NCBI GenBank assembly: GCA_964016885.1 | Contig: OZ024741.1 | Span: forward strand, 156,488,001-156,552,000 | Reading direction: 5' to 3' | Source: Eledone cirrhosa | Taxonomy: Eukaryota | DNA length: 64,000 nucleotides | Shown: in pieces, positions 12,881-24,789 of the stretch | How positions within the stretch are numbered: position 1 is the first letter of the stretch | Layout of the letters: each line of letters starts with the position of its first letter | Notes under the pieces: model-generated | The model's database searches: none | What the model saw: only the letters and a program-made list of their open reading frames with translations | What the model was told of the DNA's origin: nothing | Program-made: the position numbers and the translations under genes

Positions 12881-13936
12881 GAGTGCTACTTAAATGTATG
12901 AATTGTTTTATTACATCTAAATTTCCATTAGCTGGATAACTGCTCTCCTCTTAGGTAATATTATTTTACTCACAAATCTGCCCATCCTACGCTGTCACTG
13001 GTAAAGCCTGCACCCACAATATTTACTATGTAATATCATCTTAAGACAAATAAAAAAAAACAATCTTAGTGTGTTAGATTAACGGAATTGTTAGAGTTGG
13101 GCGAGATAATTTATAGCATCTGCTCTGGTTCTATGCATTCTGAGCACAAATTACTCAATTTTCCCATCCTTCTGCGATCATCAGATAGTATCAGCAATGG
13201 TAAAATTAATGGAAGCATTGTTTCCGTGGTCTGATCCGATAATCGGCTCCTTTCTTCTTCTAGCAGATTCAGCCGACTTATAGTATCAGTGATGGAAATA
13301 CCATTTGAAACATTATTTGACGATCGGATCCTTACATTTATTTTTATTTTTATTCGTTTTACTTGTTTTAAACTCGGAAATTTATCACACTTCTGAGATT
13401 CTCGGTTGGTGAGATTGTGTTTCATGAATACATAGCAAGTGCGTAGCGAATACTTTGGTAGTTGTCATATCTTCTATATATATAAGAAGTGATTTATCAG
13501 TTCTCTATTGTATATGTAGCTATATGACATCAACTTTCATATTTCCGTTTGAGAGTGTCAATGCTAGATAAGAAATAAGTTAGGGAGATAACATGTCTTC
13601 GTGGAGATATTAGACTTCGTTCAGATATTAGACTAAATGTTATTTGTCTTGACACATTCGTAACCCTGTGTTCCATATCGTCGGCGTTTTATAGCATATT
13701 AGACATAATTATTTTCCTTTGGTGCTATCCGATTGCTTTCCATTGGTTCCGGAATGGAATGAACCTCCGCCGATTTCGTCAATGACTATACGATAAGCTT
13801 TCTCGTAAAATTAACCCGGAAGACGTTAAGGATTACACATAGACGTATAGACTTAAGATAATTCTCAGGCAGATTCAGCATAGTACAGTGCATCTTGTAT
13901 TGTAGTGTAAGAGGTTGAATACCTCACAGACATATG

Positions 13937-14064
13937 CAGTGCTGGGTTTAGGACAAATGAGGCCCCGTGCTAGTCAAGTTATGAAACCCGTTACTGAAAG
14001 AGGTAAAAAGTTTTGTTGACAGCGAGGCCCTGTGCACCTAAGCACAATGGTAAATCCGGCACTG
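13937..14064. mobile_element. 128-bp hAT-type MITE
   Basis: Ends CAGTGCTGGGTTTA and TAAATCCGGCACTG form a 14-bp TIR with 2 mismatches. 8-bp TSD GACATATG/GATATATG. Lies inside a SINE family 2 remnant. Confidence 0.8.
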
Positions 14065-15169
14065 GATATATGTTCCGTTAACGTAATTCTCTGTGGGATT
14101 TAGTATAACATAATGGCTAAGAAGATTTTACCTTTTAATTACAAGAACAGTCTTTCTGACGGGATTCCAATCATTTCCGTGTAGTCAATTTCACTCACAA
14201 GCCATGAGTGACATAGTTATGACCCTCGGACAAAATGCTTCGCATTGAATTTGAACTTAAGTTCGAATGATTGCTATGCAACGTTTGAAAATACACGAGC
14301 ATGCTGCGCCTACTCTTATACGTTGCTTACAAATATATCGAGATATGTTAGTTGTCTATTCCGTACACTAAAGTTGTGTTTATGTGTACTATGTCGGGAG
14401 TTCGATTGCCGGTGGTACATTGACTCCTTGACCAAGATACTTTATTTCATGTTGCTCAAGTCAATTCAACTGACAAAAATGAGTTATACCTGCAATTCAA
14501 AGAGCCAGCTTTGTCACAAACAGAGTCACACTGAATTTCTCCGAGAACTAAGTTAAAATTATATGTATTGGTAAACAGTTCGACCACTTTCATACTAATT
14601 TCACGAAGAGTCTGTTCGAACATCTAGAACGCTAGTCGTCGAAAGCGACGAAGATTCAACCAAAACAGATTTTCACGCTTGTATGCCAGTGCGAGCATGT
14701 TAAGCAGTAAACAAGATTTAAACTTTGACCAGACTTACACGAAAATCAAATAATTGCTCTTTTGTTCTTACAAATATTTCAGATGGCCTTTGCGTTTGTT
14801 TCTTCCATTTACTGTCAGTGGAATTTATAGTTTGTTGCGCAAGAAGAATGTTGCTGGGGAAGAATGTCGAACATATTATTATTATCATCTTTATTATTGT
14901 TGTTGTTGTTATTGTTATTGTTACCTTTTGCTTTTGTTTGTGTGAGCTCCAGGATGTCTCAACTAGAAACGCCAAGAGACTGTTAAGATGTGATATACCA
15001 TGTATTTGTAAGATTGGTAAAATAAGGCAGAAGTTTCAGTTTAAAGCATGTGAGAGCATCTATATGTGTATGTATAAGTGTTGTGCTTACAAAATGTGTA
15101 ACTTGTGGTTGTTTATGCTCTCACCAATTCTTTTCGTGATGGAGATTGAATGTGCAGCATATTACTCAA

Positions 15170-15900
15170 TGTACTAAGCTGCTTTATCATGCCATGCAAG
15201 TATTCAAATGGTGCCAATCGGTCGTATCCAGGAATTATGTGTTCTATTTTCTCCGATCTTTCCTGACATACACGAACTACAAATGTGTCTGTTGTGACAA
15301 TCACCAATGATTGTTTTATTGATTGAAAGTTTGACTTTACATTCACATGCACTGCGATTACGTCCTTTTTGTACGCCAGGAAAACATATTTTTGTTGACA
15401 AGGAAAGTGTATGTTCTGTCAGAACTGATCAGAGGATTTTGAACATTGTTGTCAGACCAGTTATAGGCCTATGATTTTGTAGAATTTTGGTTCACCATTT
15501 TTAGGGGTCAAGAAAGTTTGTCATTAACCAGTCACTTACTTATAATTTGCAGTTCTTTATTATAAAATTTAAACGAAAGTTGATTTTTATGAAAATTTCT
15601 CTAAATATTTACCCAACAGTTGGGGATTTTATTCTTTCCAGGAGATTCCCATTTACTGGATGTTTTTAACTTCTGCCCTTCTTGCTTTTGTTGGTTAATC
15701 CATTAGTCATTAGAGTCGTGTACCTTTCCATCATATCATATTTAAATCTAAAAGTCATGCACTTCTTTTAGTTTGATTGTGCGTTTTCCTATATTTCTGT
15801 TGGGGAATTTTCTTTTGTTTCTTTTATTTTTGTTACATACTTTGTTTTTCTTTTATACACATTTTTACAAACAAGAACCCACGTTATACCGTGCTGTGCT
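15170..15900 (-). mobile_element. Degenerate R4/Dong-type LINE fragment
   Basis: Minus strand NHRPITGLTTMFKIL..FPGVQKG..SINKTIIGDCHNRH matches [32 protein letters not shown] of the 46-50 kb copy. Confidence 0.75.
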
Positions 15901-15944
15901 GTCCTTAATGTAAGCACTTTATGGTCAATAAAAAACATTATCGA

Positions 15945-16682
15945 TATTGCGGAGGTCGGAGGCCATGCTTTGCAGCATAGAGTTACGGTCCTTTACGGTC
16001 TGAGTTCAAATCCCACCGAGATTAACTTTGCCTTTCATCCTTACGGGGTCGATAAAATAAAGCACCAGTAACTACTGGGGTTGATTTAATCAACTTCTCC
16101 CCCCCCCCCCAAAAGAAATTGTGCCTATACTAGAAATCATTATTATTGGATTGGCAGTATCGGTAGAGGGTCGGACGCCATGCTTTCCAGCATAGTTACG
16201 TCCCTTTACGATCTGAGTTCAAATCCCGCCGAGGTTGACTTTGCTTTTCATCCTTACGGGGTCGATAAAATAAAGTACCAGTAATGTACTGGGTAATTGC
16301 TGGCCTTGTGCCTAAAGTAGAAACAATTATTATTAATTACGTTATTGGCGGTGGATTGGCAGTATCGGTAGAGGGTCGGACGCAATGCTTTCCAGCATAG
16401 TTATGTCCTTTTACGATCTGAGTTCAAATCCCGCCGAGGTTGACTTTGCCTTTCATCCTTACGGGGTCGATAAAATAAAGTACCAGTAATGCACTGCGTA
16501 ATTGCTGGCCTTGTGCCAAAAGTAGAAACAATTATTATTGATTACGTCCCTTTACGGTTCTAGTTCAAATCCCGTCGAGGTTAACTTTGCCTTTCATCCT
16601 TACGGGGTCGATAAAATAAAGTACCCGTAATGTACTGGATATTTGCTGGCCTTGTGCCAAAAGTAGAAACAATTATTATTGA
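15945..16682 (+). mobile_element. Tandem head-to-tail array of four SINE family 1 copies linked by (ATT)n
   Basis: Units at about 15945-16147, 16148-16340, 16346-16540 and 16543-16682 (last is 5'-truncated). Each ends TAGAAA(C/T)(A/C)ATTATT. Confidence 0.92.
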
Positions 16683-16819
16683 TTTTGTTCAATGCACAAG
16701 CAATATTTTTTCACTGTCATATATTCAAAGTACTCTACGTAATATATGTGTTGGATCTCCATCGGCTCAGACGCCGAATTTTCCAAATTTTTTAAATATG
16801 CAACAGGCTACTCGAGAAA

Positions 16820-17040
16820 TTTACATGCAAGTGACTGCGCATTCCACAGACACATGTAACCTTAACGTAATACTCAGGAAGATTCAGCGTGACATAATGT
16901 GAGACAAGGCCTGACTTTTGAATCACAAATAAAACTCACTTTTTGGTCTAACTGAGCGGTACTGTGCAACATGGAATAAAGTACCTTGATGAAGAACAAA
17001 CGGCGCCGAACACCCTAACCACTAACATTTGTGCATTCAC
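16820..17040 (-). mobile_element. SINE family 2 remnant
   Basis: Reverse complement of the CTTTGTCACA..TGTCACGCTGAAT / TTGCTCCAGT-type body seen at 24085-24300. Similar remnants at ~14380-14560, 31560-31720, 59020-59360 and 60000-60190. Confidence 0.6.
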
Positions 17041-17301
17041 ACATGTATATGTACGCACACACACACACATGTTTATGCATGCATAGCTATATTAAATATT
17101 CCATTTAAAGACCGGTTAGATTTTAAGAAGTCATACAAATGTTGAATTTATAAATAGTATGTTACCTAAAGCAGAGAAATTTTGAATAAATCTTGTCTCT
17201 GCTGGATATTGTTTTTCTTCATTTTCTTTCTGTCTAATGTCTGAAGCACGGTTATCTCTTGCCCATTTTTAAAGATTAAACATATCCTCTACATGAGTGG
17301 T

Positions 17302-17550
<249 letters not shown>

Positions 17551-17948
17551 ATTTTGAAGTTAGTAAACAAGAAGACTTTTGAACGACAAGGGACACATTC
17601 ATATATAGCTTGCGCATGAATACACAAGCATATATATACTAATATAATACCAAATGGGTATTTGTCCATTGCGCAAAGGGGGACAACTCATCTGTGTATG
17701 AGTATGTAAATATAAACACATACATACAGTGGCTGACAGGGTCTAAAATTATTGGTTGCCAGGAGATGAAGGGGGCCCACCTACATATAGAATGCTATGA
17801 TTTAATTTTTATAATGAATGAATAACATTTTCGAAAAATACATAAGTGGAAACAAAACAGTGCAATAAATTTTGCGGGAAAATATATTACCTTCTCCAAT
17901 AAAAAATATCATGTATTTTTCGAAATCCAGAGACTTTCAATAATGACC

Positions 17949-18375
17949 AGAAGTCGACCCTAAATATTATTAATAGCACTAGGAAAGCCATGAACGGCAC
18001 CACATCTTTTTAACTTTGATTTTGAAAGTAGGTTTATAATTATCAATTTTCATTACACTTTTGTAGCTGTCACGGTGGCCTAGTTGGAGGAATCATAGAC
18101 GGTGGTGATCGTGGTCGGGAGTTGGGTCCCAGTAAACCTTTTCATTTTTGTTATATGGGTTGTAAAATAAAAACTGAAAAAAGGTTCCATGCACCACTTG
18201 ACCAGGATTGAACCCAAGATCAAGATTTTCACTGTCTCCAGTACCTACCATTAGGCCACAGAGACAAATACGAATATCCTATGAAAATTCATACTTTCAA
18301 AATTTTCAAAACAAAATGTTGTGGTGTCGTTCATATCGTTCTTAGTGTTATTACTCCTACTTAAGGTCGACTTCT
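17949..18375. mobile_element. Fold-back element with long imperfect inverted arms containing tRNA-like heads
   Basis: AGAAGTCGACC (17949) and GGTCGACTTCT (18375) begin ~85-bp diverged inverted arms. tRNA-like A/B boxes at 18069-18135 (+) and 18265-18195 (-). Confidence 0.65.
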
Positions 18376-18612
18376 AAATCATTTTGGTTTTACATAAACT
18401 ACATCCTCGTTTTGTTTCACATCTATCTAGACTATATTTTAACCTGTAATCTATGGTTAATTTCTGTTCCACCTCATTTCTCCCCCTCCCTCTCTCTCTC
18501 TCTCGCTCTCTTTTTCTCGCTGTGATATTTGAATGTACTATGATTTGGGCTTACGTTATTCCTATATATATTTTTTTGCATGTCAGTGAGATCCAAACTT
18601 ACAATGATTGGC

Positions 18613-18662
<50 letters not shown>

Positions 18663-18896
18663 CAGTGGCGGACTAGGTCTACAAATATTGGTTGCCAGAT
18701 GAAGGGAGCCCACCTACATTTAGAATGCTATCATTTAATTTTTATAATGAATAAATAACATTTTCAAAAGATACAGAAGTGGAAACAAAAAAAATTATGC
18801 GGGAAAATATTTTACCTTCTCCAATAAAAAATATTATGTATTTTTGCGAAATCCAGAGACTTTCAATAATGACCCTTGGTCTTTCACACTCACTCA

Positions 18897-18934
<38 letters not shown>

Positions 18935-18937
<3 letters not shown>

Positions 18938-19269
18938 TGGCGAAGGGTAACCTAGAAAGCAGGGCATGCAGTCCAATTGCCATGGCGGAAAGTGGGGCTG
19001 TGCAGCCTTACACCCCCCACCCCCTAATTCCCTCTAAATGACCCTCCCGGTCAAAGACGCATGTAGTGTTATCTTTTTATGTATCTACGAGTTAGTAAGC
19101 AGTCAAAATTTTGCTTGCCCCAAAGCTGTCTTGTGTTTGTGTGTATGTGTGTGTGTTATCTTTATTTGTGACTATACGTTTTAGTAAGCAGCCAAAATTC
19201 TGCTTGCTTCAACCGACGCAATTGATCAACTCAAGATTCTATACCGCATGCACGGACCCTTCGCCCCTG
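18935..19269. mobile_element. 335-bp hAT-type MITE inserted in (TA)n
   Basis: CAGTGGCGAAGGGT and ACCCTTCGCCCCTG form a 14-bp TIR with 1 mismatch, flanked by ATATATAT on both sides. Confidence 0.82.
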
Positions 19270-19426
19270 ATATATATGTGTGTGTGTGTGCGCGTGTGTG
19301 TGTGTGAGTGTATCTATCTATTTAACTATCTCTCTATATATATACACCACCTTCACCACTAATTGATTTGACAAATGTTTTTAACCCATTGATATAAAAT
19401 ATTATTTGGTTAGTAGTTCGTGTGTC

Positions 19427-19472
<46 letters not shown>

Positions 19473-20469
19473 GAGAGGTATAGAGATTGTTTTAGCGAGA
19501 AGCTAACAGCATTCTAACATATATGCGACTATAACGTCAAGATGGGAAAAGTAGTTAACGTAAGATTTATGAAAAATAATTCAAACTCATCTCAAAAGAG
19601 AATCAGGATACAAATTCATCCACAGAATTTAGTGCAATCCAGGGAAAAATCAATAGACCTTTAACTCATGATAAAATAAAGTTTAAAACACTTATCCTTC
19701 AATTTGGAATAACATCAAATGCTCTGTATAGTCTTAAAAGACTATTTCAGGAAAACTTTCAGTGGAGATGGTCACGGTTGGATTTCATTCATCAGCAGAG
19801 TTCAACAGAAAACCAGGGCTCTCACAGTATTATAATCCGAAAAAGGGAATTCTAAAACTGGCTAGTTCGCCATCATGTGTAGTTATGAAAAAGCACATGG
19901 GGAAAAACGGGGCTAGTGACGTCTATGCTTGTATCTCTGTGTCTATATATGTATGTTTGGATGCATGATTGAATACACTAAGCTTTAGATTTAGTAGAAT
20001 GTACAACCACTGATTCCAGCTATTTGCACTATCGTATATTTTGGTTTCTAGTAATTCCCTGGGGAATTGGTGGACCAAATAGTTTGCTTAATTGTTTTAT
20101 TTACTTTTTATTTTATTTTATTCTTTCTCTTAGATTTCAGGTATTTTTTGAAATCAAAGCATTGGCCACTAAAATACTACAGTGGGCACTGCAAACCTAC
20201 TGTGGGCTCTTACAATGCTACCATGGGTCCCCTGGGGCCCACTTGCCATTGGACAACCTGGCAACCTGGCCAGTCCTCCACTGCATACATATACATAAAC
20301 AGATACATTATACAAAATAATGATGACAGACACACATATCTATGTGATGAGTCCAGAAGGAAGGCGGCTCTGACAAAGTATAGAAAACAACGAACAATAT
20401 GTGGGCATGTAATAATTATTTACTCTAATGAGCCTGTTTATGTATATTTTTGCATAATTTAACACATCC

Positions 20470-22015
20470 TACAAGCGAAAGAGCAAACGCTCCAGCGCAG
20501 TCAGGCGGGGCTTAGGACAAGTTACGACGGTCAGGCGGTAGTAGATGACGGACGCGATGTTCGCGTTAGCCACCTCCGCTCGACCTTTCAGAGATAGCTT
20601 CATCTCCGCCCATTTCTGGGTGAGAGAAGCCACCCTGCTCGTCACCTCGTCCCAGTTTTTGTCCGTCTAGAGGTCTGGACCGAACCAGACCCCTAGCAAT
20701 TTAACCGGTCCGTTCGTCCAGCGGCCGACGACGTTGTTGGACGGCATGGACCTTATTATTATTATTTCATTTTTTGGCCACAAGGGCCAACATATAGGGG
20801 GTAATACAAAAGACTGGGACAGTGGGGTTTTACAGAAAAATCGAGTAAAATATATGAATAACAATAACAAAGTAACAAGAAAAATACAAGAAGAAAAATT
20901 CCCCAATAGGGGGGGGGGGGTGACCACTCAGGGTTCGCTCAGGTATCCCACCAATCCTGAACGACACGACGCTTCGCAAGCACCCTGGAAGGGCACCCCT
21001 CTCCTCCTCATAATTTACCCACCTACAGGCGCATGACCAGAGTAGGCCCACTCACACGGGCCATTCTCGCCACATTCACCCACCTCACAGCAAATGTACT
21101 GGGGAGCAGCACTTCTCTCTCCACCATCACCTTCCTTTCCAAGTGAAACTTGAAAAAGTTGTTGAGGGATTGGCCGAAGAGAAAAGTGTCTGTATTTAGT
21201 CCTTTCAACCTCGTCCACCATACAACCTCTTTCGCTACTGCCACCAGACAGGAATATTTCCTGCCCTTCCTGGCCAAAAGAAGGCGGCGGGTCGATCTTC
21301 ACTATGGACTCGGCCGATAGCCGGATCCGTTCTACACGCGACAACAGCTCTTCGACATATCTCCACAAGTCAGTAATGCACGGACACTGAACGAGTGCGT
21401 GCAGAACGGTTTCGTCGCTCTGCGCGCATCTCGGGCAGGTCCGTCTGACAGCACTTCCGTGCCTGTAGAGTTTATCTCGAACCGGCAGTGCCCTCCGGTA
21501 GCACTGCCAAGCGAGGGACTTTTGGAAATTATCCATCGTCCCCGGCTCGAAAGTCCTCCGGAACAGACTGGTTATTTCTACTTCTTCGACTCCCAGAGCC
21601 TCTCCGAGTGCGTCGTCGCACTTGCCCACCACTAATCCTCTATAGAACTCGAGAGTGGAAGTTCCACTGACCGCATTGCCCGCGTGGTAGAGGGTAGTGA
21701 GTTCCTGGCAACATTCCAGATGCCAGTCACCCAGTCTCGGATCCCTCCTTGACCCAGGGCTGCAGCTTAGTCAATGAAACGAGCTGCGGAAAGGCGCGTC
21801 AGATAAACGGCGACCACACCTGTTCACCGTTTAGGCAGAATATCTGGAGATGCCGCAGCCTCAGCGCATGTCTGCGCATCATTAGCTACGACATTCCTAG
21901 CCCTCCACGTAGAGGGTGCTGGCAGCAGATGGACCGCCTCAACAGAGGAACCTGAACCCTCCACAAGAATTTGAAGAGGAGCCGTTCCAAGTTAGTGAGG
22001 CGCGAACGGGGGCAT
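20470..22015 (-). mobile_element. Two abutting Tx1-group LINE fragments (3' end 20765-22015; RT C-terminal piece 20470-20752)
   Basis: MDNFQKSLAWQCYRRALPVRDKL..CPRC..ETVLHALVQC (L1/Tx1 C-terminal CCHC) and VVGRWTNGPVKLLGVWFGPDL. Joined by a short (ATT/AAT) run. Confidence 0.92.
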
Positions 22016-22129
22016 CACTCCTTCATCACTCGTCATAGTGTGTGTTTATATGTGTTTGTTGTTATTTTACTTGTGTATATATATATTTATTTATTTATTT
22101 ATATTTCCTTTAAGTCAGTATTGTTTGTT

Positions 22130-22740
22130 TTGTGTATGGTTGTTGTTGTTGTTATTCCATTCGTTCTTTCTGTTCAACTTCGGTCTTCTTAGTTCTATCT
22201 CAGTTGCTTCTCTGACTTGCCTACTTGTTGAGTCATTTCTATGCTTAGATATTATTTTAATTTCTATGTTGTCTATATTACCGTCATGTCTTTGTCTGGC
22301 GTGTTCATATACTACTGAACTTTTTTTTTTTTTTGTCCCTTTAGTTCCCCCAGTGTTGATCTATTCTTTCTTCTAAGCTTCGAGCTGTCTCACCTATGTA
22401 TGTCGTTGTCATGTTTCTTCAAGTACCCTCTGTGCTATAGACTACGTTTCTAGTTTTACAGTTTATCCAGGGGTTTACTTTACATATAATATATTTCCTA
22501 TTAGAACAGTGGGTTTTCTTAAAAGGGTATGTCTTGCTGATCAGGGATGTTATGGTAGTTCCTGGCTTTTCTACCACTTTAATCTTTAGATGGGTCTTTC
22601 GTAGGGCCTTTCTACATTGGTTAGCTAATTTCCCTCCAGGGATAGCATCCACGAACATGACACTCTAGTATCTCTGGTTGTCGTACCATGAAGTGGCTTT
22701 CCCTATCTTATGTTTAGTCCTAGCTAAGCTATTCCATGAT
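22130..22740 (-). mobile_element. Penelope-like element fragment (Zn-finger-like linker + GIY-YIG endonuclease)
   Basis: MFVDAIPGGKLANQCRKAL..IKVVEKPGTTI..C....IICK.....NCKTRNVVY, followed by GETARSLEERIDQH..SSVYEH..RQVREA on the minus strand. Confidence 0.8.
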
Positions 22741-24084
22741 TTGCTCCTGTATAATGGGCAAATTACTTTCATGTACTATGAGCGTCTTATATTTCTACTT
22801 TGGCCCCTTTGTATACTCTGATTCTGTCTCTTTGGTTGTAATCAGAGAACTGCATTGTTTCTGGAAACAAATAAATATTTTTAAAAAGACTCCAGTTGGA
22901 TTTTCGATTTCATCCTTTTTCCCTTATATATATATATATTGTTATTATTCTAAACCTTTATTGATCTCTCTGCTAATTACTTCACAGAAACGAAATATTT
23001 TCCTCATAACTGTTCTTTATATATAACTACTATAAGACAGCAAAATGCTAGAGTCGTTGGAATGAGGGAGAGAATTGGTTGTTATTCATTCCAACTTTCT
23101 GCACTCTTAATTCAAATCCCATTGAGGTCAACTTTGCATTTCATCTTTTCTAGGTCGATAAATAGAATACCAGCCCAGTACAGGTGTCGATTCTTCTCTC
23201 TTGTTCTCTGCAAGTAACTGGTTGTATTCAGATCTGAAGAAAGATGAGTTCCATCAGGATTTTAAAATGTCCAAACTGAATGTAACAACGTCGTATCTAC
23301 GACTTCGTCATGTTTTAAGTGGCGATGGATATCAACATAATTACTATAACATCGAATGTCTGTAAGCTAAATGATAAATTCCATTTTTCAATATTAATTT
23401 TTTGTGATATAATAAAGTCACTCATGTATACATGACTGCCGTCTCTACACGACTGATGTTCTCCATAGGAAAGCGAAAGCCAAAATACCTTGGCACCAAT
23501 GAAGCAGTCAAAGATGGTACCCTCAAAATGCAGAGAGCCGAAACAGTTACTGAGAAAAAAACACTCAACCGACTTTGATAATTCCTCAAATATCTACCAC
23601 CCGTGATAAGCATATTACTTAATGAACTCGGAAAGTTGGAAGGAAAACTTGATCTACATATCCATGTCCGTGTGTGCATCTATGTTCTTCTATGTGTGAG
23701 CGTCTATATGTGTTGTGTGTGTTGTGCGTGTTGAATGTGTGAGCAAGCGTGCTTTGGTGTATGTCATGCTATATAGTGTTACTTACATCAAATGGATATG
23801 TGAAGTTAAAAGAGAAATATGTTTAACAGACAAGAATACTTAAAGCAAACACTGATTTTGTAAACGCCAATGCGTATGTTTGAGAGCTGACACGTACTAT
23901 TATGCTATTCCACAGATGTATGCGGATTAAAGCTGAATAATATCGATTTTACTACACACTTGGATATCAGCTATCATATTAATTCGATTTTTTCTATTTC
24001 ATTTGATAAGAAGCGGAAACATCGCTGGAGGTGTAATATTTTAATATTATGACTACTTTAAAATACGTAATTGATCTGGAGAGT

Positions 24085-24300
24085 GAAAGCGCGTGGCTTT
24101 GTGTTTAGGTTGTTTGGCTCATGATCGTAAGGTCGTGGGTTCCATTTCAGGCAACGCGTTGTGTCCAAGAGCAAGGCATATTAATCGATGTTGCTCATAT
24201 CCTCTCAGATAGCAAAAATGAGTTGTACTTGTATTTCAAAAGTCCAACTTTGTCATACATTGTGTCACGCTGAATGTCACCGATATTTACGTATCCGAGG
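24085..24300 (+). mobile_element. tRNA-derived SINE family 2
   Basis: GCGCGTGGCTTTGTGTTTAGG (A-box-like), GTCGTGGGTTCCATTTC (B-box-like), then a TTGTGTCCAAGAGCAAGGCA body. Confidence 0.7.
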
Positions 24301-24789
24301 AATGCTCGGTTTGTGATGGTGATGCTTTAATCTTGTGTTGCAGTTAGAAATTCTTGTCTTAAATTTTAGTCAGTGCATCTTAATCAGTTTTGTGAATTTT
24401 TCTTGTTCAATGTCTTCCTATTCAGCTTTTTCGGGTATTGGTCATGTAGCTGTTTAATTGACAATTTTTTTGCATTGCATTTTAAACATGTTTTACATTT
24501 TTAGATTTTTCACAATTTCTGTTGTGGTCTCCTCTATGCCTCATAATTATCTGTTAATTCAGCTTCTGCTTTCAATTTGTTGGCTTCCATGGAGACAGAA
24601 AATAATTTTTTTCGTGATTTGTAGCGATTTGTATTAATTTTTCATTGTTTTTTATTGGATATTTTTGTTGTCATACAGTGATTATTTTATAATAATTTTC
24701 ACTGTGTTTATGGCTGGTATAATCTTTCTACACATGATTTTAGGGTGTAGTTATTTTAGTGTCCAGTTAAAAATATTAAAACTGTATCT

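Larger units (their letters stand above)
17727..20283. mobile_element. Non-autonomous hAT-type element with nested insertions
   Basis: Left end CAGTGGCTGAC (17727), right end GTCCTCCACTG (20283), perfect 8-bp flanks CATACATA at 17719-17726 and 20284-20291. The left ~215 bp is repeated at 18663-18875. Confidence 0.65.

Noticed and set aside
12177-12893. YI/CV/TH-rich ORFs (also 17301-17669, 28390-28671, 29994-30430)
   Set aside because: Translations of dinucleotide microsatellites.
13111-13425. 104-aa minus-strand ORF in non-repeat sequence
   Set aside because: No recognisable motif or convincing splice signals in any frame, so it cannot be supported without expression data.
16148-16230. Possible tRNA genes at SINE heads
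   Set aside because: A and B boxes are present but there is no closed cloverleaf, and each continues into a shared SINE body and tail.
23420-23650. Possible Penelope GIY-YIG C-terminal remnant
   Set aside because: Only a weak KIL..LKM.REA..LNR-like pattern across frameshifts, too degraded to call.
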